From Fistulifera solaris (lineage: Eukaryota): a stretch of DNA of 64,000 nucleotides. The notes beneath the pieces are model-generated. The model made no database searches and had not been told where the DNA came from. It saw nothing but the letters and a program-made list of their open reading frames with translations. Numbering within the stretch: position 1 is the first letter of the stretch; each line of letters begins with the position of its first letter. Below, in pieces: positions 1 to 11,180 of the stretch. Location: assembly GCA_030295235.1 (NCBI GenBank), contig AP026127.1, positions 682,001-746,000 on the forward strand, in the 5' to 3' direction. A program made the position numbers and the translations under genes.

Positions 1-1428
1 TTATTTGAAAGCAAAAAGAGAAGGCCATGCGATGGAAGAGGCCCGACCTTTGAAGATTCTTGTCATGGGCGGGTCCGTGACAAAAGGAGTCGGTTGTAAG
101 ACCAGCATCAAAAATTACAATGGAATAGACTGTTGCTGGGCGACACGACTCGAAACATTACTGAACGGCTTGGTTGGTGATCGAGTGGTGGATGTACATT
201 TGGCAGCGGTGAGCGCCACTAATTCGGCGACGGGGCAAGTTATGCTCGAATACAACCTGATACCCGAGGAAATGAGGGGACCCGATATCATCATCAGTGC
301 GTATTCCACGAATGATATGCATGTTTTTACCATCAAAGAAGCCATGAGTCAAAACATCTCGTTACGAGAGAAAATATTCGGAATGGCGCAGAATTTACAC
401 GCACTGCCTTGCAGCAGTGTACAGAGGAAGGGAACACGCCCTTGTTGTTCTGGCTCGATGATTATTTAGGAAATGAGCAATACGAAGTATTGGGCACCTC
501 GGAATTCATACAAGGGCTCCAAGTATTGGCTGGCTACTATGGTTTCGGGCTCTTGTCGTACGCGGACATGGTACGTGATCTTGTTTACGGCACGACCACT
601 GAGAGATCGTTTTCACCAGCGGGATGGTACAATAAGAGTCCAGAAATGAAAAAAGAAATCCATTCACCGTATCCGATGCATATTGCGGTTGCGTATCTTT
701 TCGCATATACATTCCTTGAGCTAGCTTCGGCATACTGTGGTCTTGAATCATGGAATGTGACGACATGGGAGAACAAAGAGAACTATTACAATGCAGCCGT
801 TCCAGGACTTCCAGACACGCGAGAAAGCTCACAAACCTTAGACACGCCGCCCCAACCTCGCCCGATCGGTCTTCCTCCCCCCTTGGACTCCCACCTGAAG
901 TTGGACGACATTTCGAAGTTGTGGAGGGAAGCTTCTTCAACGACGTGCGATGCTGACCGAGCGAACCGGGTTCGCTGTCCCGTTGGATGGATCAGTGGCT
1001 TTCGACCGGACCATACTACAGATGATGTGATGAATTACTTTCAACCGTACATTCAAGAGCCCTTTGAATGGGAATGGCGGATGCAGAACAAAAAGGCTGG
1101 CTGGCTACCCAAAGCCGTGACCGGCGCTACGATGACGTTTGAATTTCCATTGGAACAGGAAATTCATCGCCTGGTATTGTTTTATATGAAAAGCTATGGG
1201 GAATTGTGGGAAAATTCAAAGGCTGAGATAGAAATCTACTTGGATGAAGACAATGTCGATGATCACATCATTCAACTTTCACTAAGTGGCGTGCATGATA
1301 AGAGGGCGAGCGAGATATATTCAGAAGAAATTCTCTTGCCTCGTGGTGCGTCCAAGAAGCTTGGAATCACGGTCAAACATACAGCGGGAAACATATTTAA
1401 GTTGATGGGTTTCGCGATTTGCAGTTAA
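1..1428 (+). CDS. SGNH-hydrolase-like protein, 5'-partial paralog of 2409-4259; 1-bp frameshift near 394
   Basis: ORFs 5..469 and 409..1428 align colinearly with the 616-aa paralog (LVMGGSVT, YSTND, GFAICS*). gaatttacac here vs gaattttacac in the paralog explains the shift. Confidence 0.8.
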
Positions 1429-2408
1429 CATCGTCGCTGCTTCCACGTCCTAGACCAAAACTTTTTTATGGTTCATTTTGACGGATCATCGAGCTCAGAA
1501 TCATGCATAATGTTAGGGCACTCAAATCATCGGCATAATGAACAGCGGGACCTTATCACGTAGCGACTTCGCGATGCAAAACCTCTCATCTTAATACAAC
1601 CAATCGGCCCATTAATCTTTGCAAAAGAGACGGAATCATATCACGAGCATCGTCGCAACTGAGTGTCATAATTGTGTTACGGGTACAGCTTCAAATCCTT
1701 GCTTCATGTAAAGCTCAAGTTGGCGGATCTTTGTATGATTTTGTGTACGGCATACGGCGTACGGCATGACAGCGGAGAGAATCTTTGCGCCACCAGGATG
1801 GTACGCCGATTCCATTCACCTTACTAAACCAAGTACCCAACACATTTTGTGCATTGATTTCCGTCCCACGCGGATGGCAAAATGTCGCTTTAATGCTATA
1901 TTCCGAATTTCATGACACTTGGAATGCACTCATGTCAACAATGCACCACAGCCTCAGCTGGACGACGTTACGAAACGCCTCGTGGTTAGTAAATTCAAAA
2001 GGTGGATCGTGTTCACTCCCTTTGATCAGGGCAATGTCTTTCGAGAGAATCACACACAAGGGGCTCTCGAGGAAGTGCAGCTTAAGCGTTCGGCTCGAGG
2101 TGAGTCAAGGAGTTAACTGACAGATGAGATGAGATAACGTCGTCGCTGATTATAGCTATCAGAAGGGCTTTTGGAAATCGAGAGTCTAGAATGAGATGGT
2201 TACTACGGAGCCGGAGTTTTATTTGCCAATCTATCTACTCCGGTTTGTTTTCCTATCTCAATCATCATGACTCATGACTCCTCATGTCACAATGACCCAA
2301 TAACCGGCGCGGTCATTAACGATTTTTATTTCCCACATCTTCTTTTGTCGGCATCTCTTTTCCGTTTTTTCCATAAAAGAGGTCAAGACATGAGACCAAC
2401 AAAGAATA

Positions 2409-4259
2409 ATGGAAGCTCTTTTAATAAAAACACAGCGGCCTTGGCTGAATATTCGGTCGCAGCTATTTGTGATATTGTTTCTATTCTGCATGGCGGATTT
2501 TATGCGACAATATCAAGCGTTTGATACCAAGTCTCCGGAAGTGTATTTCACGAATAATAGAGAAAATAACGAAACTGAACACTCGATAACATCAAACGAC
2601 GGAATATGCGGCGTTCTTGGCAATCAATCTCCCACGTCTTTATGGGCGAAAAATGTATTGAGTATCTTACGTGCCAGCCAAAGCCCTCTCGATACGAATT
2701 ACGTTTTTCAAAACCCGACTGCCCAAGTATTAAAGATCATCACGCCCAGGCTACACAACAGTATGAAATCGAGCCCACGCAATTGGAAAGCCATGGAGCA
2801 TGTGATTGAAACAACCAATCGAAGACTCGCTTATTTGAAAGCGAAAAGAGAAGGCCGCTTGGCTGAGGAAGTACGACCGCTAAAAATTCTTGTCATGGGC
2901 GGATCCGTGACGAGAGGGATGAACTGTTACACCCGTATCCGGCATTACGATTATAACAAGTGTTGCTGGGCTACTCGACTCGGGACACTTCTCAACAGCT
3001 TAGCTGGGGATCGAGTTGTAGATGTACACCTGGCAGCGGTGAGCGCAACGAACTCCGCGACAGGACAAGTCATGCTCGAATACAGCTTATTACCTGAAGA
3101 AATGAGAGGCCCTGATATCATTATTAGTGCTTATTCAACGAATGACATGCACGTGTACACCATGCAGGAAGCCCTCAGTCAAAACATTACATTACGTGAT
3201 AAAATCTTTGGGATGGCGCAGAATTTTACACGCACCGCGCTCCAGCAGTGCACGAAAGAAGGGAACACGCCGCTGCTGTTTTGGCTCGATGATTATTTGG
3301 GAAATGAACAAAGAGAGATAGTTGCCACTTCAGATTTTATTCAAGGGCTTCAGGTTTTGGCCGGCTATTACGGGTTCGGACTCTTATCCTATGCGGATAC
3401 GGTACGCGACCTTGTTTACGGCTCAACAACGGAGAGATCGTTTTCACCTCCAGGATGGTACAAAGAGAACTCTGAAATGAAAAGAGAGGTTCACCCACCG
3501 TATCCGATGCACATCGCTGTATCGTACATTATAGCTTACGCGTTCCTTCAACTAACGTCAACGTATTGTGGTCTCGAATCGTGGAATGTGACATCATGGG
3601 AGAGTAGATTAGACTATTACAATGCAGAAGTGCCAGGATTGCCTAACACGCAAGGAAGTAAGGAATCCCTAGACATGCCTCCCCAACCTCGACCGGAGGG
3701 ACTACCTCCGTCTTTGAATACCAAGCTCAAGTTGGAAGACATTTCGGAACTATGGCGTGAAGTTCGTCCAAATACTTGCGACGCTGAAAAGACACACAGG
3801 ACACGCTGTCCTATTGGATGGGTCGGTGCTTTGCGACCAGATCACACTGCAGATGACGTATCAAGTTACTTCCAGCCGTATATTCGACAACCTTTTGAGT
3901 GGGAATGGACAATGGATAGGAAGAAGCCTGGTTGGCTGCCTACGTCGGCGGAAAATGCAACGATGACATTTGATTTTCCTTTGCAACAGGAAATTCATCG
4001 CTTAGTGATATTCTACATGAAAAGCTATGGGGAAATGTGGGAAAATTCGAAGGCCGAACTAAAAATCTATTTGGATGATGACACAGTGGATGAACATGCT
4101 TTTCAATTTTCGCTCGGTGGTTTTCATGATAAGAAAACGAGCGAAGTCTACGTTGAGGAAGTCGATCTACCTCGCGGAGCGTTAAGACGACTTCAAATGA
4201 AAGTTCAACACGCAGCAGGAAAATCCTTCAAGCTAATGGGATTCGCGATTTGCAGTTGA
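2409..4259 (+). CDS. SGNH-hydrolase-like type II membrane protein (616 aa)
   Basis: Intact ORF with N-terminal TM. SGNH-like blocks GGSVT, SATNS, STND and a late His (EVHPP). Tandem paralog upstream. Confidence 0.75.
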   Translation: MEALLIKTQRPWLNIRSQLFVILFLFCMADFMRQYQAFDTKSPEVYFTNNRENNETEHSITSNDGICGVLGNQSPTSLWAKNVLSILRASQSPLDTNYVFQNPTAQVLKIITPRLHNSMKSSPRNWKAMEHVIETTNRRLAYLKAKREGRLAEEVRPLKILVMGGSVTRGMNCYTRIRHYDYNKCCWATRLGTLLNSLAGDRVVDVHLAAVSATNSATGQVMLEYSLLPEEMRGPDIIISAYSTNDMHVYTMQEALSQNITLRDKIFGMAQNFTRTALQQCTKEGNTPLLFWLDDYLGNEQREIVATSDFIQGLQVLAGYYGFGLLSYADTVRDLVYGSTTERSFSPPGWYKENSEMKREVHPPYPMHIAVSYIIAYAFLQLTSTYCGLESWNVTSWESRLDYYNAEVPGLPNTQGSKESLDMPPQPRPEGLPPSLNTKLKLEDISELWREVRPNTCDAEKTHRTRCPIGWVGALRPDHTADDVSSYFQPYIRQPFEWEWTMDRKKPGWLPTSAENATMTFDFPLQQEIHRLVIFYMKSYGEMWENSKAELKIYLDDDTVDEHAFQFSLGGFHDKKTSEVYVEEVDLPRGALRRLQMKVQHAAGKSFKLMGFAICS

Positions 4260-4383
4260 GATTCATTAGCGCCTTCACGGTAAATAGTAGAAAATGAAAA
4301 AGTTCACACTAAGAAAAGACGTTTCCAGTTACATCGTCGTGGCTAATGATACCATAGATCGGATAGAGAGCCTTGTGCGCAAT

Positions 4384-4752
4384 TTACTTCTTCTCATTAT
4401 CACCTGATTGGTTTTGAAGCGACATAATTTGATCAAACATCTTTCTTCGCTTTGGATCTCGCAGATTATTTTGCTGCATCTTCACCACGGCTCTGGCGAG
4501 CGCCTGATTCTTTTCACGTTCTTCCTGTATTTTACCCATCAGATCTTCGATTTCTTCTAAGTCTTGACTATCACACGAGTCTTCGCTATCGGATTCGTCA
4601 AAGCTCTTTCTCTTTCGATTGTTATCCGACGAAGAATCGCTGTCATCGTCCGAGTCATCTGAATCATCAGCGTCTCCGTCGTCACGCGCTTGTTCCGTTA
4701 GACTGAGACGCGCCATATCCGACGTTTCGTCTTCTGCATCTGTTAAACTCAT
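4384..4752 (-). CDS. Small acidic (Asp/Ser-rich) hypothetical protein with coiled-coil and NLS-like segments, 122 aa
   Basis: ATG-initiated ORF with protein-like biased composition; no recognisable family. Confidence 0.5.
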   Translation of the reverse strand: MSLTDAEDETSDMARLSLTEQARDDGDADDSDDSDDDSDSSSDNNRKRKSFDESDSEDSCDSQDLEEIEDLMGKIQEEREKNQALARAVVKMQQNNLRDPKRRKMFDQIMSLQNQSGDNEKK

Positions 4753-4920
4753 GTTGGGGATAGTTGATTCTCAATGATCTGGGGATTGTTACTCAATAGA
4801 CATCAATCGCAAATGCCTATCTTGCGCATTTTGATTTTTTTCGATTTTAACGAAGGCATGCGCAACGCCGCGAAGAACACACGCGGAACACTCATGATAC
4901 ATGATGCGCAAAATCCGGCA

Positions 4921-5855
4921 TCCCCTCTGTCGATAAATTTCCTTACGGAGCTCTACGTGGGTTCTACGAGTCGACTTTACAAACGTTCCATTATCGCACT
5001 TTTTTTTGATATTTTCGGCTCCAACAGCACTCGATAATCATTACAGGGAATGCGACAACAATGTTAGGGGTGTAACAATTGATTGCTCTGCCAATTACAA
5101 CCGAAAGAGGATGCATTCAAAATTGTTGAATTTCCGGGTTCCCCCTGTTGATAAATTTCCTTACGGAGCTCTACGTGGGTTTTACGAGTCGACGTTACAA
5201 ACGTTCCATTATCGCTCTTTTTTTGATATTTTCGGCTCCAACAGCACTCGATAATCATTACCGGGAATGCGACAACAATGTTAGGGGTGTAACAATTGAT
5301 TTCGCTGCCAATTACAACCGAAAGAGGATGCATTCAAAATTGTTGAATTTCCGGGTTCCCCCTCTGTTGATAAATTTCCTTACGGAGCTCTACGTGGGTT
5401 CTACGAGTCGACGTTACAAACGTTCCATTATCGCTCTTTTTTTTGATATTTTCGGCTCCAACAGCACTCGATAATCATTACAGGGAATGCGACAACAATG
5501 TTAGGGGTGTAACAATTGATTTCGCTGCCAATTACAACCGAAAGAGGATGCATTCAAAATTGTTGAATTTCCGGGTTCCCCCTGTTGATAAATTTCCTTA
5601 CGGAGCTCTACGTGGGTTCTACGAGTCGACGTTACAAACGTTCCATTATCGCTCTTTTTTTGATATTTTCGGCTCCAATTTTTTGATATTTTCGGCTCCA
5701 ACAGCACTCGATAATCATTACGGAAACGACGTTAAAACTCTGCCTCGCCGTAGGCCCTACGTAGAAACTTGTACTGGGCGGCAGAATTTTAACGTCCTTT
5801 CCCGGGAATGCGACAACAATGTTAGCGGTGTTACAATTGATTGCGCTGCCAATTG
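4921..5855. repeat. Tandem satellite, ~218-219 bp unit, ~4 near-identical copies
   Basis: gataaatttccttacggagctctacg recurs in units starting ~4922, 5141, 5359 and 5578. The last unit has a local duplication (ttttttgatattttcggctccaa x2) and an 81-bp insertion. Confidence 0.95.
5722..5802. mobile_element. 81-bp hairpin/MITE-like element, copy 1, inside a satellite unit
   Basis: Imperfect terminal inverted repeats ggaaacgacgttaaaactctgcc ... ggcagaattttaacgtcctttcc. Another satellite unit shows the empty site cattac|cgggaatg. Confidence 0.8.
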
Positions 5856-6022
5856 CCTAGAAAAAATACGGCAGGTCGAAATTTTGATTAAATCGGTACT
5901 AAAACCCAGGAAGAAAACAAACAATTTAGCTGTCAATAGTCGATACGGTCGAGGGAAAGTCAGTTGAAAAACTATAGAAATCATGTAGCGCCACTATTCG
6001 CACTTTATCGTTATGAGATCAA

Positions 6023-7504
6023 CTAACAAATCCAGCAGACATTTTCCCTTGCCGACAAAGTTTCATCGGTGGTGTGGTGCGCGACGTAGAGATTGATAAT
6101 CCCTTTGCAGCAACACCAGAACTCGGCGCATCCTTTCAAATATCCCTTGAGGATTCCTTCCCGTAGCAAGAGATGGATCAGTGTGCATTTGCTTAACACA
6201 TACAATAGATAACTTTCTAACTTACCACAACATCCTTCATCTTCATGAACATCCAAAGACCAATCACGAGCAGTTGTTCGGTCGCAAATGTTCACACGAG
6301 TGAAGACTTTGCTAAAGTCTTCGAAGGACATCCAAAATGCGCCGTCGTCTGCAGCAACAAAGTTCAGCACTTTTGCAACTTCGGGGTGCTTTTTCCACAT
6401 CGAGCTCTTGTCCGACCATGCTCCCTTCCACTCAAACGTTCCCCAAGGATTCCGCAGTTGAACTAGGCGAAATTCTTTTACTTGGCGAGCCTGAATGATG
6501 GAGTAAGCGTGTCCAGCGACCAGTCCTTCCTTCTCCAGCATTTGTTCTCCTGACGGTCCATCGGACTTTCCGTACTCTGTTTTGCCGATGCTGGCCGACA
6601 TTAGAGCTTTTTGTTTATCGTACTTCTTCAGCAGGGTCCACAATTGTTCGACTGTGTACGTTTCTTTTGTGGCTTTGAATCCACAAGCACGTTTGTCTTT
6701 TTTGTCTTTCAGTGCTACCATGTCCTCCCTTTTCCATCGGAATTGTTTGTTTTTCTTGTCCGGTTCTTCCAATGACATTTGAAATACCTTATCCCCCGTC
6801 ATACTGAGCCAACCCCAAAGCACGAAACCTCCATCCAAGGCCGCGTAACTTCCGCAGAACTTTGCGTACGCTTTTTCGAGTAAAATGGCCCACAGTTCAT
6901 TGCCATTCGGGTGCATGAAACGGGGCTTGTTTGTCCCTTTATGGCAAGGAATCCTGTCGTCAATTGTGACAATCTGCCATTTTTCTTGCACCGGATCATA
7001 TATACGGACTTTGTATTTTCCTCGAGGATTGTATTCCTTGGTAATGAATAGATTGCGGATCGCGTGAGGGAATTCGGAAGCACAAGCGAATGCGGCCACC
7101 AGCCAACAATCGCCTACGGCTCCTTGACAAAGATCACTCGGTTCAATTTCTCCCTCAAAAAGTTGAGGGCGCTTTCCCTTGATCCCCTCAATATCTTGCG
7201 CACGGACCCAATCTGTATCCTTCTCCATAGCCTGAGCGCTTTGTCCCTTTCCACCGGTCTCTTGGTGATTGCCGAGAGCCTTGGCCCCTATGAACGATTT
7301 GTCTTCGTAAACAAACCAACAGGGTAACAGATACCGCCAGAGACATCCGACTGTGAAGCGCTGACAAAGTACGCGCATGCAGGGTCCGCAATACACTTGG
7401 AAGCTTCGAAACACCAGCGCGATCGGAGCGACAATAGGACAGCATAGAATGTTCCAGACGAGACCCGCATTTCCGGAAAAGAGGTTCGCACAAGTCGGAG
7501 CCAT
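6023..7504 (-). CDS. Calpain-family cysteine protease (CysPc domain), with a 69-nt intron at 6157-6225
   Basis: Catalytic triad motifs QGAVGDCW, AGHAYS and LRNPWG; ELWAILLEKAYAK; GTAAG..AG intron. Confidence 0.93.
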   Translation of the reverse strand: MAPTCANLFSGNAGLVWNILCCPIVAPIALVFRSFQVYCGPCMRVLCQRFTVGCLWRYLLPCWFVYEDKSFIGAKALGNHQETGGKGQSAQAMEKDTDWVRAQDIEGIKGKRPQLFEGEIEPSDLCQGAVGDCWLVAAFACASEFPHAIRNLFITKEYNPRGKYKVRIYDPVQEKWQIVTIDDRIPCHKGTNKPRFMHPNGNELWAILLEKAYAKFCGSYAALDGGFVLWGWLSMTGDKVFQMSLEEPDKKNKQFRWKREDMVALKDKKDKRACGFKATKETYTVEQLWTLLKKYDKQKALMSASIGKTEYGKSDGPSGEQMLEKEGLVAGHAYSIIQARQVKEFRLVQLRNPWGTFEWKGAWSDKSSMWKKHPEVAKVLNFVAADDGAFWMSFEDFSKVFTRVNICDRTTARDWSLDVHEDEGCCGKLESYLLYVLSKCTLIHLLLREGILKGYLKGCAEFWCCCKGIINLYVAHHTTDETLSARENVCWIC

Positions 7505-7875
7505 CTTTTGCAAAAAGAAAAGGATGAAGAGGGATCACAGGTATGAATGATTGAAGCACAATGAATTATTGGATGAAGTCGTCCCCTTATGAGCAAACCC
7601 ATGATCGGTCTTTAGACTTTTTTTCTTTTGCGCGCGGCAACACAAAAAAGGCGAAAAGGTTCGTCGCGCAAAGATACTTATTGCAACCCGAACCTCAGGG
7701 CTTATATATTCGGTACCGGATGGACTACATTCTGCATAATAGAATACTACTAGGCGGAATTTGTGTCCTTCGTTCGCAAGCTTCTTCGTCATTCTTTCTC
7801 ATCACAAAAGATGAGCAAGTTTTTACAAAAAACAAATTCTTTCATTAATTTTACACATTATTAGCTTTACTTTGC

Positions 7876-10349
7876 TTACAAGATGTCCATTAAAGGTAAA
7901 AAGAGCGGCAAGTCAAGTGTCTTGTTCGATGGCTGTCGCTCCGTAGGTCCGTCTAGCCAAGTGCAACCATTCTTGTCGGCGGCCGCTTTCGGAACTCCCG
8001 CGGTCCAGTGGCGCACCGTGCAAGTAAAGTTGCGACCAGAGAGCAGCAGTCCCCATTTACCGAACCCACCCATATTGTAAGCTAGGCACTCTCCCATGGA
8101 TATAATGTACAGGTCTACAAACACGGCGTAGTAGTCGGAAGGTGACGTTGGTTGAGTTGGTTTCAGATCCATGTGCAGTGGGTCTTTGTCATGAAGACGC
8201 GTTGCCACTGGTGTGTTTCGAGACTTCCCGTACTCCATGGCAACCTCACGGGCGTATGCTGAATCCGAGGCGAAAAAGAAAGGTCCGCCAGGCCGTAAGT
8301 GCGAAATGCAATTTAGCGAATTGATAGTCCAATTGAAGACTTTCGCTGGATCACGCCCGTGTTCTTCGAGCCCATATTGCGCTCGCAAGTGAACGCTCGA
8401 ATATTCGTAAGGAATCAGCTCAAATCGTTTCATCTCCGACTCGATTTGTCTGGCCACTTTAGGTGCCGGTGTGAAGAAGCTACGCCAACAATCTCGGTAA
8501 TGCTGACGCAAAGCATCTTCCGGCTCACCTGACTGCAAAGCTTCTGCTTTGTAATACTTAGAGCCGTGATCACTTATCTGTATGCGGGACATTATAACTG
8601 TTCGATTGGACTGTGAGTATGCCACCAGTCGGTCTAATGTATGAATGCGATCTGCGTTGGCTTTGAGGGTATCATGAAACCAGTCGGGGACAACCCAGTT
8701 GATACCTCCTATCGGTGGCACCAGAAACTCGGTCAATAATGCCGGTCGCTCCCAGTGAATGAGCAGCAATCGATTTGTATTCGCGGCCACCCGCACCATT
8801 GCAGGTAACAGACGAAGACGATCCGAAGTCCCCCCACACTTTTCGTCACTCTCCATGCAGGTCATGATAATATACCGCGTCTCATTCCAATTTTCCGGGC
8901 TCAAACGTTGCCGCTGCTCTGCATGCCAGTTGAAGTAACTTTTCATCCATTGAGGTAACTGCGTTGATTCATTCCATATTTGAGTGGACGCAATTGCTTG
9001 TAACTTGGGGTGAATGAACTCGGCACTGGCCGACGACAACTGCAGTGCACCATCTTCTTCTGATACCAGTCCTCGCATGGGAGGAGAAAAGATAATACCA
9101 TTTGTTCGAACGTGGCTGCCAGTATTTCGAGTCCGAGTGTACGTGTTGGTCAAGCGGCACTCCGACAACGAAATGGCCGTCATATGCTGCAATGCGCAAG
9201 ATGCGTTCTGACTCATGTAAGACGCCAATTTCCCGTAACCACCCATTCCATAACTCACACAATTTCCCAGGGATAAGACGTACAAATCAACGAACGTATC
9301 ATAATATTCACTGGGCGATCGTGATCTCCACTGTTTGGCCTTGTCTAGGTGGAGAGGGTTTTGTTCGTGTTGCGGTGAAATGACATGATGACCATGACGC
9401 GTTCCGTACTCTCCGGCCACTTGCTGTGCGTACGATGCATCCGATGCAAAGAATAGGTATGGATACTCGGGATCCACAAATTGGAGGCTGCAATTGACGG
9501 CATGACGTGTCAATTGCTCCAAAAAGCGCGGATCGCGGTCCTCAACATTGTACAAGGCCCTCAGATGCGTCGATGGGTATTTTCCTACTTCCAAACCGTT
9601 GTTGTTCATGTATGTTTGTATCCTTTTCGCAATCGGCGGTGCGGGAGTGAAAAAGACTCGCCAGCACTCCGCAAACACTTGGGCAAAGGTGGGCTCGTCC
9701 GGTAACAGAGTAGAATCGTAATACACTTGTCCGTGATCATGCGCTTGAAATTTGACACGAAACGATGGAATAGAGTGATTGGAAGCAAACATGAGTATTT
9801 CATCTTGTACCGTAACCCGCTCCCCCCATTTCCCTTCCAGTCCGGAGGCAAACGCCAGTCGACACCTCCCACCGGCGGCAATAAGAATTCTTCCAACGGA
9901 GCCGGGCGGCCCCATTGAAACAATAAGACGCGTTCCGATTGCGCCGCCACTCGTACTAAAAAGGGCAAGGTCATGAGTCGATCGGCCAGTCCACCGCATT
10001 TGATGTATTTCGGCAAGCACGAAACTATCATGAGACGCTGATTGTTGTCGTTGTGTAAAAGAGACTGACGCGCTTCTTTGTGCCATCGAAAATAGTTTTT
10101 CATCCATTCCGGTAATGTTTCCAAAGATTCCCATAAATCGGCAGTATCGATTTGATAAGAAGCAGATGGTTGAACAAAAGACACCATCAACTGTTGATCA
10201 TTCGAAATCGTGACATTCGATGACGCGAATGAATGACTTGAACGGCCGTGATCCAGATGCGTTTGCATTTCCCACAAAACGACAAAGTAGAGAAGGCATA
10301 TTGCCGCAAATACAGTTTTGAGGCCTCCATTCTTTATTTTATTCTTCAT
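7876..10349 (-). CDS. Type II membrane protein with two tandem fucosyltransferase-like (GT-B) domains; frameshift near 9830
   Basis: ORFs 9606..10349 and 7876..10134 join. Both halves carry LPxWMKxYFxWH, CGGxxDRL, HLRA, FFASD and FVDLY motifs. Confidence 0.65.
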
Positions 10350-11180
10350 ATTGCAATCATGACGAAAGGATTGTTATTAAAGGAAGCAGCGACTGCGTAG
10401 ATCATGTTTGCATTGCAACGAAAAAACGAAAGACCGCGCATTTTACTTATTGTTGTGACACGTATCCGATTACGGTGAGGGTTTGTCTTGCCCATTCTAT
10501 ACACTGCCCTCCAAAGTGTAGACGACATTTTCCACGACTGCATTATATTGGGTCATGAGTAACGAGTGAATGCGTGCTTCTGAGGAGCCAGACGCTGCTG
10601 TTTGACCTCGTTCGTTCGGCCTGATCGAAATGTCTTCCTTAAATTTGAACTTAATTGAAATTAAGGTCGGTAACTTTTTGACGCACGCGTCGATGCTGGA
10701 TGCTAAGAAGAATCCCTTTCGCGAATTGTTTGTTTTGGTAAATGACAGCCTGGTGCTGGTTACCATTCAATCTCCGTTCTTGGTACTGGTAATCAGTCAG
10801 TGGTTAATAACTCCATTCTACAGCATTTATTATGTACGAGACGCTTCTTGATGCGGAAGGGCTCTCTAGCAAATCGTCGTCTCTCGAAATCACTATAGTC
10901 CTAAAGTGTAAGCGACCTTTCGGTCTGACGTCCGGCCGCTCTGGGAGTCCCGATTTTGTGCGTCTTGAATAAGACGTCACACTTCGCAAAGATCTCCCGC
11001 CACCGCACAAACGCGCGGCGGGAGACGATTTCCCCCTTGATACAAGTAGAGACGACGAGCGATCTTATTCGCGTCCTCTCGTCCTCTCCGCAGAGCATTA
11101 TTTTATCATTGCAAACCATTATCAGAGCATTGCTTTCTCCTTATTATTACTACACTTGCTCACAAGAAGAATCGTTTATC

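Noticed and set aside
1500..2300. Short ORFs between the SGNH paralogs
   Set aside because: No recognisable motif or consistent frame.
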